Of a stretch of 64,000 bases of DNA, positions 28,193 through 39,146 are shown in pieces. A program made the position numbers and the translations under genes. A model generated the notes under the pieces. The model worked only from the letters and a program-made list of their open reading frames with translations. It was not told the origin of the DNA and ran no database searches. Position 1 is the first letter of the stretch. Every line of letters starts with the position of its first letter. The stretch covers positions 32,001 through 96,000 of the forward strand of contig CAWHHI010000008.1 of assembly GCA_963829055.1 (NCBI GenBank), given 5' to 3'. Source of the stretch: an uncultured Gemmatimonadaceae bacterium (GTDB lineage Bacteria > Gemmatimonadota > Gemmatimonadetes > Gemmatimonadales > Gemmatimonadaceae).

Positions 28193-29061
28193 CAGCGGCC
28201 GAACAGCGCGAGCGGTGGCGTGCGCGCGAGCCTGCGCGCAGCGAGGGCACCAGCGCCAATGCCGAGCACGAGCGACAGCAACACGGAATAGGCGACCGTG
28301 CTCGGGGTGATGATCGCGAAGCGCAGCGGCGTGCGATATACGCTCTGGTAGTGCACGTTGACGAACGCTGATACCGCGAAGCCGAGCGCCACGCCGAACA
28401 AGCTTCCGGCAAGCGCGACGAACGACGACTCGAGCATCACCGATCGGACGACCGTCGACCGCGAGATGCCCATGAGTCTCATCGCGGCTACGTCGCGACG
28501 GCGCTCATCTACCTTGAGCAGCATGATGCAGAGGAGAAACGTCGCGCTCGCCACGATGGTGATGACGCCGATCGCACGATGGAACCGGCTGACGACGAGA
28601 AACGTCTTCGACGTCTCGACCGCGATCTCGCGCGACGGATAGGCTTTGAACCCGAAGGCCGCCGAGTTGATGCGGCTCAGCACGGAGTCTGTGGCAGTGC
28701 CACCAGCCGTGAGCACCGCAAAGCGATCGACTCGATCACCGTACCCGATCAGGCGCTGCAGGTGATCGAGGTGCAGGCGCACGCGGTACTCGCTTCGCGC
28801 GACCTCTGACGGGTCCGCGCGGCGGCGGATGATCGCCGAGACGCGCACCGTATCACCGGTGGCGCTGCCGGGTTCGGGCGCGAGCACGACGCGGTCGCCA
28901 ATGCGAATTCCGGCATCGGACGCGAGGCGCTCGTCGATAGCGATGGTGCGCTGCGCGTTCGCGCCGACTGTTGCGGAGTCGATGCGCTGCGCCGTCGCTG
29001 CCGCCAGCGGGACGCAGCACAACGCCAACAGTCGGGACGTGCCACTCAAGAATCCGCGCAC
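28192..29061 (-). CDS. ABC permease C-half (signal peptide + partial periplasmic domain + FtsX)
   Basis: IAIDERLA..GIRIGDRVVL; VDERRRDVAAMRLMG; three TM helices; no TM1. Confidence 0.85.
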   Translation of the reverse strand: MRGFLSGTSRLLALCCVPLAAATAQRIDSATVGANAQRTIAIDERLASDAGIRIGDRVVLAPEPGSATGDTVRVSAIIRRRADPSEVARSEYRVRLHLDHLQRLIGYGDRVDRFAVLTAGGTATDSVLSRINSAAFGFKAYPSREIAVETSKTFLVVSRFHRAIGVITIVASATFLLCIMLLKVDERRRDVAAMRLMGISRSTVVRSVMLESSFVALAGSLFGVALGFAVSAFVNVHYQSVYRTPLRFAIITPSTVAYSVLLSLVLGIGAGALAARRLARTPPLALFGR

Positions 29062-29173
29062 GCCCCGAAATGTGTTCGACTGGCCGGTCCCGAGGCAGTC
29101 AGCGCGGATGCGCGCGCGAAGATCCGCGCGACGACTGGTCCGACCGATCAGCGCGACGACGCCGGTCCGCCGA

Positions 29174-29593
29174 TCACGGATGCCGCACGGGGTGTCGAAC
29201 CCACGACGCGGTGTCCTTGAGCGACTCGCGCGACGCGGCCAGCGTCGATGCCGGCTTCGCCACCGTGGACAGCCCGCGCCGAAGCGCGATGAACCCGCCG
29301 ACGAGCTCCACCACGCCGACGATCAATGCGCCCGCCCAGTAGTTGTGATTGAGCGCAGCGGACACCAGCGCCACCAGCAGCACCGTGAGCGCGACCGCCG
29401 CCACTATGCCGAACGCGAGCGCGAGCGCGAGTTGAATCGACCCGCGTACTCCGGTGCGCACGCTCTGGTGCAGCTCGAGCTTCGCGAGTCGAACCTCATC
29501 ACCGGCAAGACGCTTGGAGTCATCCGCCAAGCGACGAATGAGATCCGGAATCCCCGTATCGGGGTCGATCTGGATAGATGGTCGTGCAGTCAC
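29174..29593 (-). CDS. DUF1469 / holin-X-like membrane protein
   Basis: IPDLIRRLADD..L..DEVRLAKLEL, two TM helices, SLKDTASWV; GGAGG RBS. Confidence 0.85.
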   Translation of the reverse strand: MTARPSIQIDPDTGIPDLIRRLADDSKRLAGDEVRLAKLELHQSVRTGVRGSIQLALALAFGIVAAVALTVLLVALVSAALNHNYWAGALIVGVVELVGGFIALRRGLSTVAKPASTLAASRESLKDTASWVRHPVRHP

Positions 29594-29641
29594 CGTGGCC
29601 TCCGCAAAACGACGCGACGCAGTTCAGACACGGTGCTTAGG

Positions 29642-29656
29642 GCAAAGAGCATTCCT
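29642..29656 (-). promoter_or_regulatory. Sigma54-like -24/-12 element
   Basis: AGGAAT-GCTCT-TTGC upstream of the DUF1469 gene. Confidence 0.4.
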
Positions 29657-29732
29657 CTGCGCACGATTGGCTTGCTGCGTCGGGTACCAGGGTGCGAGCT
29701 TAGCCGCACCTTCAACCCACGAGCGCCATCGC

Positions 29733-31169
29733 ATGGCCGTACCCGCCGTCGTCGAAGAGCCGACCGTACCCGCGAAGGGCCGCGGCCGTCTCCTGCAGGT
29801 GCTCGGCGTCGCGTTCGGTGTCGCCGTCATCATCGGCAATACGATCGGGTCTGGAATCCTGCGCACTCCGGGCACAGTCGCCGGACTTCTGCCGAGCCGG
29901 CACGCGTTCCTGCTCGCGTGGGTGGCCGGCGGAGTGTACGCACTCCTCGGCGTCGTGTCGCTCGCGGAGTTGGGGGTAGCTGGTCCCGCGGTCGGGCGGG
30001 CAGTACGTGTTCGCGCCGACGCGCCTTCGGGCCGTACGCCGGCTTCATCATCGGCTGGAGTGACTGGGTCTCCTCCGTGGCGTCGTTCGCCGCTGCGGCA
30101 ATTGTGATCGGCGAATACAGCGGCGCGTTGTTCCCGTCGATCACTCGCTATTCGCTCGCGGTTGCGATGGCTGTAGTGGTGGTCTTCACGCTGTTGCAGT
30201 ACGGAGGGCGTCCGGCGCGGTGACCAGATCCAGCAGGCGACCACGCTCCTCAAGGCGTTGGGCTTCGTGGGGCTCATCGTCGCGTGTTTTGTCTTTTCGC
30301 CGGTGAATGCGGCGCCGGCGCCCACCGCGATCGCGACCGCCACAGGGGGCATCGGCATCGCCGCTGTCGTGCTCGCCATGCAGGCGGTGATCTTCACGTT
30401 CGATGGCTGGAACGGGATGCTCTACTTCTCCGAGGAGGTACGCGATCCCGGCCGGCAGATTCCTCGCGCAATGTTCACCGGCGTCCTCGCCATCATCGCG
30501 ATCTACGTCCTCGTGAACGCCGCGTTCGTCCACGTGTTAGGCATGAGCGGGCTGGCGGGGAACGAGTTCGCGGCCGGGGCGGCGGCGCAGGCGCTCTTCG
30601 GCAGCCGCGGAGACACCATCATCCGGGTCCTCATCATCGTCGGACTGTTCAGTGGCGTGAACGCCTACATCCTGTTCTGCGCGCGCATCCCGTACGCGAT
30701 GAGCCGGGACGGCCTGTTTCCGAAATGGGGAATGACCGTGAACGCGGGCGGGACGCCGACCAACACGCTGCTGCTGTCGGGCGCTCTCGCGATCGGCTTC
30801 CTGGTCACGGGCACGTTCAACTCCGTGATCGCCGTCGCCGCGTTCTTTTTCGTGCTCAACTACGTGGCGTCGTTCGCGTCCGTCTTCGTCTTCCGCCGGA
30901 CGATGCCCGACGCGCCACGCCCATATCGCGCCTGGGGCTACCCTTGGACGACGGGATTCTCACTGCTTGGCGGCATCGCGTTTCTCGTCGGCGCCGTCGT
31001 GAGCGACCGGAGGAACTCGCTCATCGCGATCGGGCTGCTCGTCGTCAGCTATCCGGTGTTCGCGATGACGACGCCGACGCAAGGGCGATTAGCCGGTCAG
31101 CGGAGCTGCGCCGAGCGCCGGCTACGAGCTGCAAGGACCTCGACGAAGATCTTCGCCGCCAGCGCGTAG
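29733..31169 (+). CDS. APC family amino acid permease (frameshifted; 3' end approximate)
   Basis: IIGNTIGSGILRTP, SLAELG, FTFDGW..FSEEVRDP, ARIPYAMSRDG, RPYRAWGYP. Confidence 0.9.
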
Positions 31170-31855
31170 CCGATCTGATGCTGCGTCGGACCGACGCGAA
31201 CGGTGAGCGGCCCGTCGAACGGAGCCCGCGCGCCGAGCGTGACCATGACGCCAGGGCGGATGCCTAACGAATCGAGGTAGCGGAGCAGCTCGTCATTCTC
31301 ATCCGCCACACGCATCACACACGCTCGCCCACCCGTCGGGACGTCCGCGAGCAACGCGTGGCGCGTTTCATCGATGATGCCGTCGCGCGTCGGGATCGGC
31401 GCCCCATGCGGGTCGGTGAGCGGCTCGCCGATCGCGGCGGCCATGCGATCGATGAGCTCGTCCGACGCCGCATGCTCGAGTCGCTCCGCCTCGGGATGCA
31501 CCTGATCCCACGGGTAGCCGAGCGCCTTCACGAGATACGCCTCGATGACGCGATGGCGGCGAATCGTCCTGAGCGCCGCGCGGCGACCGGCATCGGTGAG
31601 ACGCACGCCGCGATACCGCTCGTACGCCAACAGCCCCTGCTCCGCCAGTCGGCGCACCATCCCGGTCACGGACGCGGGCGCGATCTGTAACCGATGCGCG
31701 ATGTCGTTCGTCGCGGCCGCGCTCTCGCTCAGCTCGATGTCGTAGATCGCCTTGAGGTAGTCCTCGACGGGCCCCGTGAGATCCACGAGGCGCGCCTCGA
31801 CCGGCGCGGCCGCCTTGGCTGCGCGAACACGCCGCGATGAACGCTCGCCCGTCAT
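31097..31855 (-). CDS. mntR: DtxR/MntR metal-dependent repressor with FeoA domain
   Basis: VEDYLKAIY, PASVTGMVRRL, RRHRVIEAYL, EAERLEH, DPHGAPIP, LRYLDSLGI.PG. Confidence 0.92.
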   Translation of the reverse strand: MTGERSSRRVRAAKAAAPVEARLVDLTGPVEDYLKAIYDIELSESAAATNDIAHRLQIAPASVTGMVRRLAEQGLLAYERYRGVRLTDAGRRAALRTIRRHRVIEAYLVKALGYPWDQVHPEAERLEHAASDELIDRMAAAIGEPLTDPHGAPIPTRDGIIDETRHALLADVPTGGRACVMRVADENDELLRYLDSLGIRPGVMVTLGARAPFDGPLTVRVGPTQHQIGYALAAKIFVEVLAARSRRSAQLR

Positions 31856-31890
31856 GCGGCGAGTACGTGGCTCACGTCGGTTCACAAGGT

Positions 31891-32344
31891 TCACGTCGCC
31901 GCGACCTTCTGCTTCGCGTGACTCGGCGCGCGGAGCAGCAGCACGGGCACGCTCGTCATGTGGCGAACCGCATTGGCGACGCTGCCGTAAATGAGATCGC
32001 CGATGAACCGATGACCATGCGTCGACATCGCGATGAGGTCGCAATGCTCTCGCTCCGCCGCCGCGGCGATCTCGGCCGATGGGTCACCTGACGCGAGCAG
32101 GGCTTCGGCTGCCAGCCCGTCGCGTCGAGCGACGCACCGCGAGGCGCTCGATGTACTCGCGGTCGTCGCGCATCTCCTCGGACTCGCGAAGATTGAGATG
32201 CCGGATGTTCCGCGCCGCCCACCCGTCGGCCACGTGGATCAGCACGATGGACGCGCCGCAGTACTGGGCCAGTTGGCGCACGTGGTCGAGAATCCGCTCG
32301 TCGTAGCTGGAGTTCTCGACAGGAACGAGAATGCGATGGTACAT
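31891..32344 (-). CDS. Universal stress protein (frameshift near 32100)
   Basis: MYHRILVPVE, VLIHVADG; second frame GDP..EI..DLIAMSTHGH..GSVA..V..VPVLLLR. Confidence 0.88.
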
Positions 32345-32345
32345 G

Positions 32346-33745
32346 TCAGCGCGAGCCAGTTGCTGGAACGTCTGCCAGAGCAGCCACGCGTTGAGGCCGG
32401 CGATCACGAATGCCACCAGATACGCGAGGATCTTGAGCCACGTCGCGTTCACGAACTCGCCCATCTTCACGCGGTCGGACGTGAACATCACGAGCGGAAA
32501 GACAGCGAACGAGAGTTGAAGACTGAGGACGACCTGGCTCGAGCACCAGGAGCTTCGCGGTCCCACTTTCTCCGTACAAGATGGCGACGATGGCAGCCGG
32601 CACAATGGCGATTGCCCGTGTGATCGAGCCGCCTGCAGCCAGGGTCGGATGCGGATGTTGAGGAATCCCTCCATCACGATCTGACCGGCGAGCGTGCCGG
32701 TCAGCGTCGAGTTCTGGCCCGACGCCAAGCAGCGCGAGCGCGAACACGACGCTCGCCGCCCCCACGCCAAGCAGCGGCGTGAGCAGCTGGTACGCGTCCT
32801 GGATCTCCGCCACCTGCGTGTTACCCGTTCGGTGGAACGTCGCCGCGGCGACGATCAGAATGGCCGCGTTGATGAAGAGCGCGAACGACAGCGCGATCGT
32901 CGAATCGAGGAACGCGATAGCGCACCGCTTCGCGTTTCCCTGCCGACGTCAGATCGTAGCGCCGCGTCTGCACGATGGACGAGTGCAGGTAGAGATTGTG
33001 CGGCATCACGGTCGCGCCGAGGATGCCGATCGCGATGTACAGCTTGTCGGGATCCTGAAGAATGCTCGGGCTTGGAATGAATCCTCGCATCACACCGCCG
33101 AGCTCGGGGCGCGACACGATGAGCTCGAACAGAAAGCAGAGGCCGACGGTCGCGACGAGCGTGATGACGAGCGCCTCGAGCACCCGGAAGCCCTTGTTCT
33201 GCAGGTAGAGCACGATCAGCACGTCGAGCGCGGTGATTCCTACGCCCCACGCGATCGGGATGTGAAACAGCAGGTTGAGCGCGATGGCCGTGCCGATGAC
33301 TTCGGCGAGGTCACAGGCCGCGATCGCGATCTCGCACAGCACCCACAGCACGAAGTTGACGCGCGGCGAGTAGTGATCGCGGCATGCCTGAGCGAGATCG
33401 CGACCCGAGACGATGCCGAGCTTCGACGCCAACCCCTGCAGCAGGACGGCCATCAGGTTCGAGATCAGGATGACGCTCAGCAGCGTGTATCCGAATCGGG
33501 AGCCGCCGGCGAGGTCGGTCGCCCAGTTGCCGGGATCCATGTAGCCGACGGCAACCAGGTATCCGGGGCCGGCGAATGCGAGAATCTTCCGCCACCACGT
33601 CGCGCCCGTAACCGGGACGGAGCGGTAGACATCGGAGAGACTCGGCGTGACACGAGAGAGGCGCCACCCCGCGTCGTCGTGCGCGGTCGACGCGCGCGAC
33701 GCGTGGTGGTTCGGGTTTTCGCGGAGATATGCGTGGTGCGGTCAT
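32346..33745 (-). CDS. mntH: Nramp divalent metal transporter MntH (multiple frameshifts)
   Basis: [65 protein letters not shown]. Confidence 0.93.
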
Positions 33746-33769
33746 ATGGGGCGCGGCGACGCCGGTCGG

Positions 33770-33810
33770 TTTCAGGCTAGTGAAAATTATGTTTTAGGTT
33801 CGGCTAACAT
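33770..33810. promoter_or_regulatory. Tandem DtxR/MntR-like operators upstream of mntH
   Basis: AT-rich island with TTTCA-N6-TGAAA (33770..33785) and TTAG-N6-CTAA (33794..33807). Confidence 0.65.
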
Positions 33811-33844
33811 ATGTCGAAATCGCGAAACGGGCAAGCGACGCATG

Positions 33845-34478
33845 TCACACGCGGCGACAACGCGCTAGCCGAGCAGCGAGCAGCAGGTTGTTGAGTATCC
33901 GCTCCGTCATGCCCCACACGACGTGACCCGCCGAGCGAATAGCTCGGGACGCGCCACGTCGTGCCGCGCGCGGTGACTTCGGATTCAACCGCCACCTCCG
34001 GATCGCCAAGTGAGGCGAGTGAGACCCAGAACGTCGACGCGACCTCGTCGCTGATCTCGATCGTGACGTCCGCGCGGACCACGGCGACGAACGGCGTGAC
34101 AATGATCGACGGCAACATCGCGGAGCGCGGCCGGAGCTCGTCGAGTGTGCCTAACACGAGACCGTCTCGCGCGAGATCGATCCCGGTCTCTTCGCGCGTC
34201 TCGCGGACGGCGGTGTCCTGCAGCGTGGCGTCGGTGGGGTCGTAGCGCCCGCCCGGCAGCGCGATGTGGCCGCTCCATGGGTCGTTCTCGCGCTCGGAGC
34301 GCTTGATCAGCAGCAGCTCCACGTCGCCCTCCGCCGTGTGCCTCAACACGATGGCAACCGCCGCTCGGCGTGGCGCGCCATCATCGGGCGCGAGCGCACC
34401 GGGACGCTCGGCCAGCACCCGACGCAGATGCTCGAAGCGTCGGATGATCGATGAGCGTCAGAGCGTCGTCACGCGCAT
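33845..34478 (-). CDS. Nudix CoA pyrophosphatase (frameshifted, ends approximate)
   Basis: RAAVAIVL, LLLIKR, WSGHIALPGG, AVRETREETG, VWGMTERIL. Confidence 0.88.
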
Positions 34479-34481
34479 CGC

Positions 34482-34847
34482 TCAATCCTCGACCGGGCCT
34501 CCGACCGCGATCCAGCCTCCGAACCCGTCGGCCATCGACGTCACGTCGGTGTAGCCCATCTGCTGCAGCGTGTCGGCCGCCAGCGCCGAGCGGTTCCCGC
34601 GCGCGCAGTAGATCACGATGGGCTGCGACGCGATCGACACGCGCTTCGATGTTCGACTCCAGGTTTCCGCGCGGGAGGTGCATCGCGTCAGGCAGGTGCC
34701 CGAGGTTCCATTCGTTAGGCTCGCGGACGTCGAGGTAGATGACGTTGGCGTTTCTGTTGTTGCATCTCCAGGACCTCCTGCGGCGTCAGCTCGCGGATGC
34801 GCTGCTTCGCCTCGGTGACGAGGTCCGTCTCCGGTCTTGTAGGTCAT
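34482..34847 (-). CDS. Rhodanese-like domain protein (frameshifted)
   Basis: IVIYCARGNRSALAADTLQQMGY..V.SM.DGF.GW; LDVRE.NEW..GHLP in another frame. Confidence 0.88.
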   Translation of the reverse strand: MTYKTGDGPRHRGEAAHPRADAAGGPGDATTETPTSSTSTSASLTNGTSGTCLTRCTSRAETWSRTSKRVSIASQPIVIYCARGNRSALAADTLQQMGYTDVTSMADGFGGWIAVGGPVED

Positions 34848-34860
34848 GGGTTGCTCTCGA

Positions 34861-35820
34861 TCAGGCGATCGTTAGGGTCGGCTGCACCGCCAGCGTGCGA
34901 CGGTCGGTATCCAACACGGCGGGGGCGCCAAGCGGGAGCGTCCACTGGTCGTCGATGTGGCCGATGGGGACGCCCGACATCGCCGGCACCGTCGAGCAGA
35001 TCTGCCACCTCGATGATGACATCATCGAGGCCGCGCGCTCCGTCGTCGGAGGCCTCTGGGCAGTTCGTGCACATCGCCGAACACGATGCCGCGGACGCCG
35101 TCGAGCAGCCCCGCGAGCAGCAATTGGCGCAGCATGCGGTCGACGCGATACACCGCCTCGCCGACGTCTTCGAGCACGAGGATCGTGTCATCGAGTCGTG
35201 GCGCGAACGGCGTGCCGGCCAGGGCGGCCAGGAGCGAGAGGTTCCCGCCCGCGAGTATTCCCTGCGCGCTCCCGCCGCGCAGCACACGCGCATCGGTCGC
35301 GACGCCACACGAGTCACCACCGTGAATGAGCGCGCAGGCGAGCGAGTCGCGCGAGAACGCCGACATCACCGCGCGCGCCGTCGGTCCGTGATACGTGACG
35401 AGCTCGCTCCGACGAGCGAATGCCGCATGCAGCGCTGTGATATCGGAGTACCCGATGATCGGTTTCGGTCGACGCGCCATTGCGTCGTAGTCGAGTGTGT
35501 CGAGAATGCGCATCGCGCCGTAGCCGCCACGCAGACACCACACCGCATCGATCGAATCGTCGGTGAGCGCATGATTGAGATCAGCCGCGCGTTGTGCATC
35601 CACGCCAGCGAAGTAGCCATCACGAGCGAGTGCGTGTTCGCCTACCACTGGTTCCCAACCAAACGAGCGCACGTTGTCGATGGCGCGCGCGAGGTCCGCA
35701 TCGCCACGCAATGGTCCCGCCGGCGCGACGAGCGCGACACGCGCGCCCTCGCTCAGCAGCGGAGGACGACGCGCGCGCAGAACCGCGGGGGTGCTCGTGT
35801 GTCAAAGCGCTCCTTGGCAC
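34861..35820 (-). CDS. LD-carboxypeptidase (peptidase S66; frameshifted, ends approximate)
   Basis: ALVAPAG, RAADLN, CLRGGYG, IIGYSDIT, GGNLSLL, VLEDVGE..YRVDRML. Confidence 0.9.
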
Positions 35821-35829
35821 ATGCGTTGC
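35815..35829 (+). promoter_or_regulatory. Sigma54 -24/-12 promoter candidate
   Basis: TGGCAC-ATGCG-TTGC, near-consensus, upstream of the Gly/Ser-rich gene. Confidence 0.65.
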
Positions 35830-35911
35830 CACTGCCTCCTCCGCCTATGGTGCGGCAGACCGTTCCGCCGCACATGGAGGACGCAGTCAAAATATGCTGG
35901 AGGGTACTGCC

Positions 35912-36486
35912 ATGGCGGACCAGAACAAGAATCGTGGCTCGAGCGGCGGCAATCCGAATGACGACGAGAGCATGAAGGGCTCGTCAGGCTCGCAGCGCGG
36001 ATCGTCGGGTGGCTCATCAGGCGGCTCGTCAGGAGGGTCATCCGGCGGGTCATCTCGTGGGTCGCAGGGAGGCAGTGGCTCGGGCGCTGGCGGCTCCGGT
36101 GGCAGTGGCCAGTCCGAAGGCATGGGTGACGAAGATGACCTGACGGGTGGCACGGGCGGATCAGGTGGCACGTCGGGACGCGGCGGCTCGTCAGGCACAG
36201 GCGGAACGGGCGGCTCCGGCGGCGGCATGGGCGGCTCCGGGTCGGAAGTGGAAGCGGTGGTGGAACGGGAGGCAGCAGCGGAGCCGGCAGGAGCGGCACC
36301 GGCGGCAGTGGTTCCGGTGGAAGCAGCGGCGGTGGCATGGGCGGTAGTGGTGGCGGCACAGGCGGAAGCGGCGGCGGTGGATCGCAGCGTGGCGGATCAT
36401 CGGGCGGCTCCGGCGGATCTGGAACTGGCGGTTCCGGCGGATCGGGCAGCTCTGGTGGATCCGGTGGCTCGGGCGGCAACCGCTAA
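35912..36486 (+). CDS. Gly/Ser-rich intrinsically disordered protein (1 frameshift near 36243)
   Basis: GGAGG RBS; MADQNKNRGSSGG.., GGS/SSGG repeats continue in a shifted frame to TAA at 36486. Confidence 0.75.
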
Positions 36487-36520
36487 GCACAGTCGCACAC
36501 TGTTCGCGGACCTCGAGACG

Positions 36521-36546
36521 GGGCGGCCCAACGGGCCGCCCTTTTT
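36521..36546 (+). terminator. Intrinsic terminator
   Basis: GGGCGGCCC-AAC-GGGCCGCCC-TTTTT. Confidence 0.85.
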
Positions 36547-36610
36547 CACGTCGGTCTACTGCCTGACGAGTGCGTCTCGTGCCGCGCCAGACCGCTGCCT
36601 AGATTGGCGC

Positions 36611-37880
36611 ATGTCTCTCACTACCCGCGTTCTCATCGCGCTCGTCGCTGGCATTGGCGGGGGCGTCGCCATCGCGAGCAGTGGCTCCCCGCGTCTCGCC
36701 AGCGCCGCGCTCGCGATCGAGCCGCTCGGCACGCTGTGGATCAACGCCATCCGAATGACGGTGATTCCGCTGGTCGTCGGAAGTCTGATCGTCGGCATAA
36801 CGAGTGCGCCGAACGCGAGGTCCATCGGTCGCGTCGGTCGAGGGGCGATCGTGTTTTTCATCGTGACGCTGTTTGCCGCCGCTGCGTACGCGGCACTCCT
36901 CGCACCGCCGCTGATCAACCGAATTCCGCTCGATCCCGCCGCCATCGCGTCCATGAAGGCGAGCGCGTCGAGCGCGGGAACGACCGCGGCGCAGAACGCG
37001 ACGAATATTCCGACGTTCTCCCGGTGGCTCGTCGACCTGGTCCCGGCAAACCCGGTCAAGGCCGCAGCCGACGGCGCGCTTCTGCCGCTGATCATCTTCA
37101 CCCTGATGTTCGGGCTCGCGCTCCTTACGCTGCCGGCAGAGCGGAAAGTCGCCGGTGATCGCGTTCTTTCAGGGCCTTGGCGACGCGGCGTTGACCGTCG
37201 TGCGATGGGTGCTGCAGCTCGCACCGCTCGGCGTGTTCGCGCTCGCGCTCCCGCTCGCGACGCGCATGGGAGCGTCGGCCGCCGGCGCGCTCGCCGCGTT
37301 CGTCGTCACGGTCATTGGTATCACGGTCTCGTTCGCCGTCGTCGTCCTGTATCCACTCGCCGCCGTTGTCGGACGCGTGCCGTTAGGCGAGTTCGCGCGC
37401 GCGATCTTCGCCGCGCAGGCGGTCGCGTTCAGCTCGCGGTCGTCACTGGCGGCACTGCCCGCGATGATCGAGAGTGCTCGTTCCCGACTCGGACTTCCGC
37501 CAGAGATCTCCGGCTTCTTCCTCCCGCTCGCGGCGTCGACGTATCGCGTTGCGGGCGCGCTCGCGCAGCCGACCGCCGTGCTCTTCATCGCCCGGCTCTA
37601 CGGCGTCGAACTGACGGCCACGCAACTCATGACGGTCGTGCTGACCGTCGTGCCGACGACGTTCAGCGTCCCCGGCATTCCCGCTGGTTCGATCATCGTC
37701 ATGGTGCCGATCCTCATCGGCGCCGGCCTCCCCGCGGAAGGCATTGGCGTGCTGCTCGGCATCGACGCGATCACCGACATGTTTCGCACAGCCACCAATG
37801 TCACTGGCGACATGGTCGGTGCCGTCGTCCTCGGCCGGCGCGACCGCGTCGCGCGCCGCTCCAATGCGCGCCGTGAGTGA
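36611..37880 (+). CDS. Dicarboxylate/amino acid:cation symporter (GltP family; frameshift near 37150)
   Basis: GTLWINAIRMTVIPLV, LVPANPV, AFSSRSSLAALP, VPGIPAG, IDAITDMFRTATNVTGD. Confidence 0.92.
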
Positions 37881-37932
37881 AGCGACGCCCTAACGCGGAT
37901 CGGCGACGGCCGCGCGAATCGCGGTGCGGCTG

Positions 37933-39146
37933 ATGGATCTCGCGCGGGACATCGCGGTGGCACTCGCCATCGCGTCGCCATGGATCGTCGTGCCCGTCGG
38001 TCACGATGTGGCGCATCCGCCGCTCGCGCGATCTGGCCGAGCTTCCGGCTGATCCGCCTCCCGATGCGCCGCTCGTTTCGGTGGTCATCCCGGCGCGCGA
38101 CGAGCGCCGCAACATTGAAGCGTGCCTGCGATCCGTCGCTCGACGCGTCGTATCCAGCGCTCGATGTGGTCGTTGTCGACGATCGCTCGAGCGACGGAAC
38201 GGGCGACGTCGTTCGAGCACTGAGCCGCGAGGACGCGCGTGTTCGACTCATCGAGAACCCGGAGCTGCCGGACGGTTGGTTCGGGAAGCCGTGGGCCTGC
38301 ACCACCGGGCGCCAACGCGGCGCAAGGGTGAGATCATCTGCTTCACGGACGCGGACGCCGTGCCACGGCACCAGCGCTCGTCGCGCGCGCCGTTCGGGAA
38401 ATGCAGGCGAACCGGCTGGACATGCTCTCCGTCGCCGGACGCCAGGAGCTCGGCAGCTTCTGGGAGCGCATCGTCCAGCCGCACGTGTTCTGGATGCTCG
38501 GCAGCTCGCTACGGTGGCACCGAGGCGGTCAACCGATCGCGCAAGGTCGAGGACAAGATCGCGAACGGTCAGTGCATATTCGTTAGGCGCGACGCGTACG
38601 AAGCCGTCGGCGGACACGGTGCCGTACGGGAGCACGTGGCCGAGGACGTCGCGCTGGCACAGCATCTGTTCGCGTCCGGAAAGCGCACGGCGCTGATCCT
38701 CGGCCACGACGAGCTCACGACGCGCATGTACACGTCGCTGCGCGAGATCATGGCGGGGTGGCGCAAGAACGTCTTCGCCGGCGGACGCGAGGCCATGCCG
38801 TTTGGGCGGCTCGGGCAGGTGATCTTCCCCGCCCTGCTGTTACTGATGCCGATCCTGACGCTCGCCCCGCCGCTCGTGCTCGCCGGTGCCGCGGTCGTCG
38901 GGGCACCGGCGCTCGCTCACGCTAGCCGCCGACAATCGCGGTCGCCGCGGAGCTCGCCACGTGGGCGGTCGTGTACCGCTGGATGGGCGTGCCGGTTCGC
39001 TACGCCCTGCTTTTCCCGTTAGGCGCCGCCGTGTTCGCGGTCATCGCGCTGCAGGCGATCGGCCGCGGATCACGGGTGGAATGGAAGGGGCGCGCCTACG
39101 TCACGCCCCCCCGGCGCACGGCTCGACGATCTCGCGCTTGACCTGA
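37933..39146 (+). CDS. Family 2 glycosyltransferase (CrtQ/HpnB-like; frameshifted, end approximate)
   Basis: VSVVIPARDE, VVVDDRSSDGT, GWFGKPWAC, FTDAD, ANGQCIF, VAEDVALA, RMY. Confidence 0.88.

Noticed and set aside
29174..29593. Phage lysis holin
   Set aside because: DUF1469-type proteins are common in non-phage contexts, and there is no endolysin or other phage gene nearby.
35594..37876. 760-aa ORF fusing a Gly-rich region to the symporter
   Set aside because: Created by a frameshift near 36243; it reads through a clear terminator and a separate start at 36611.
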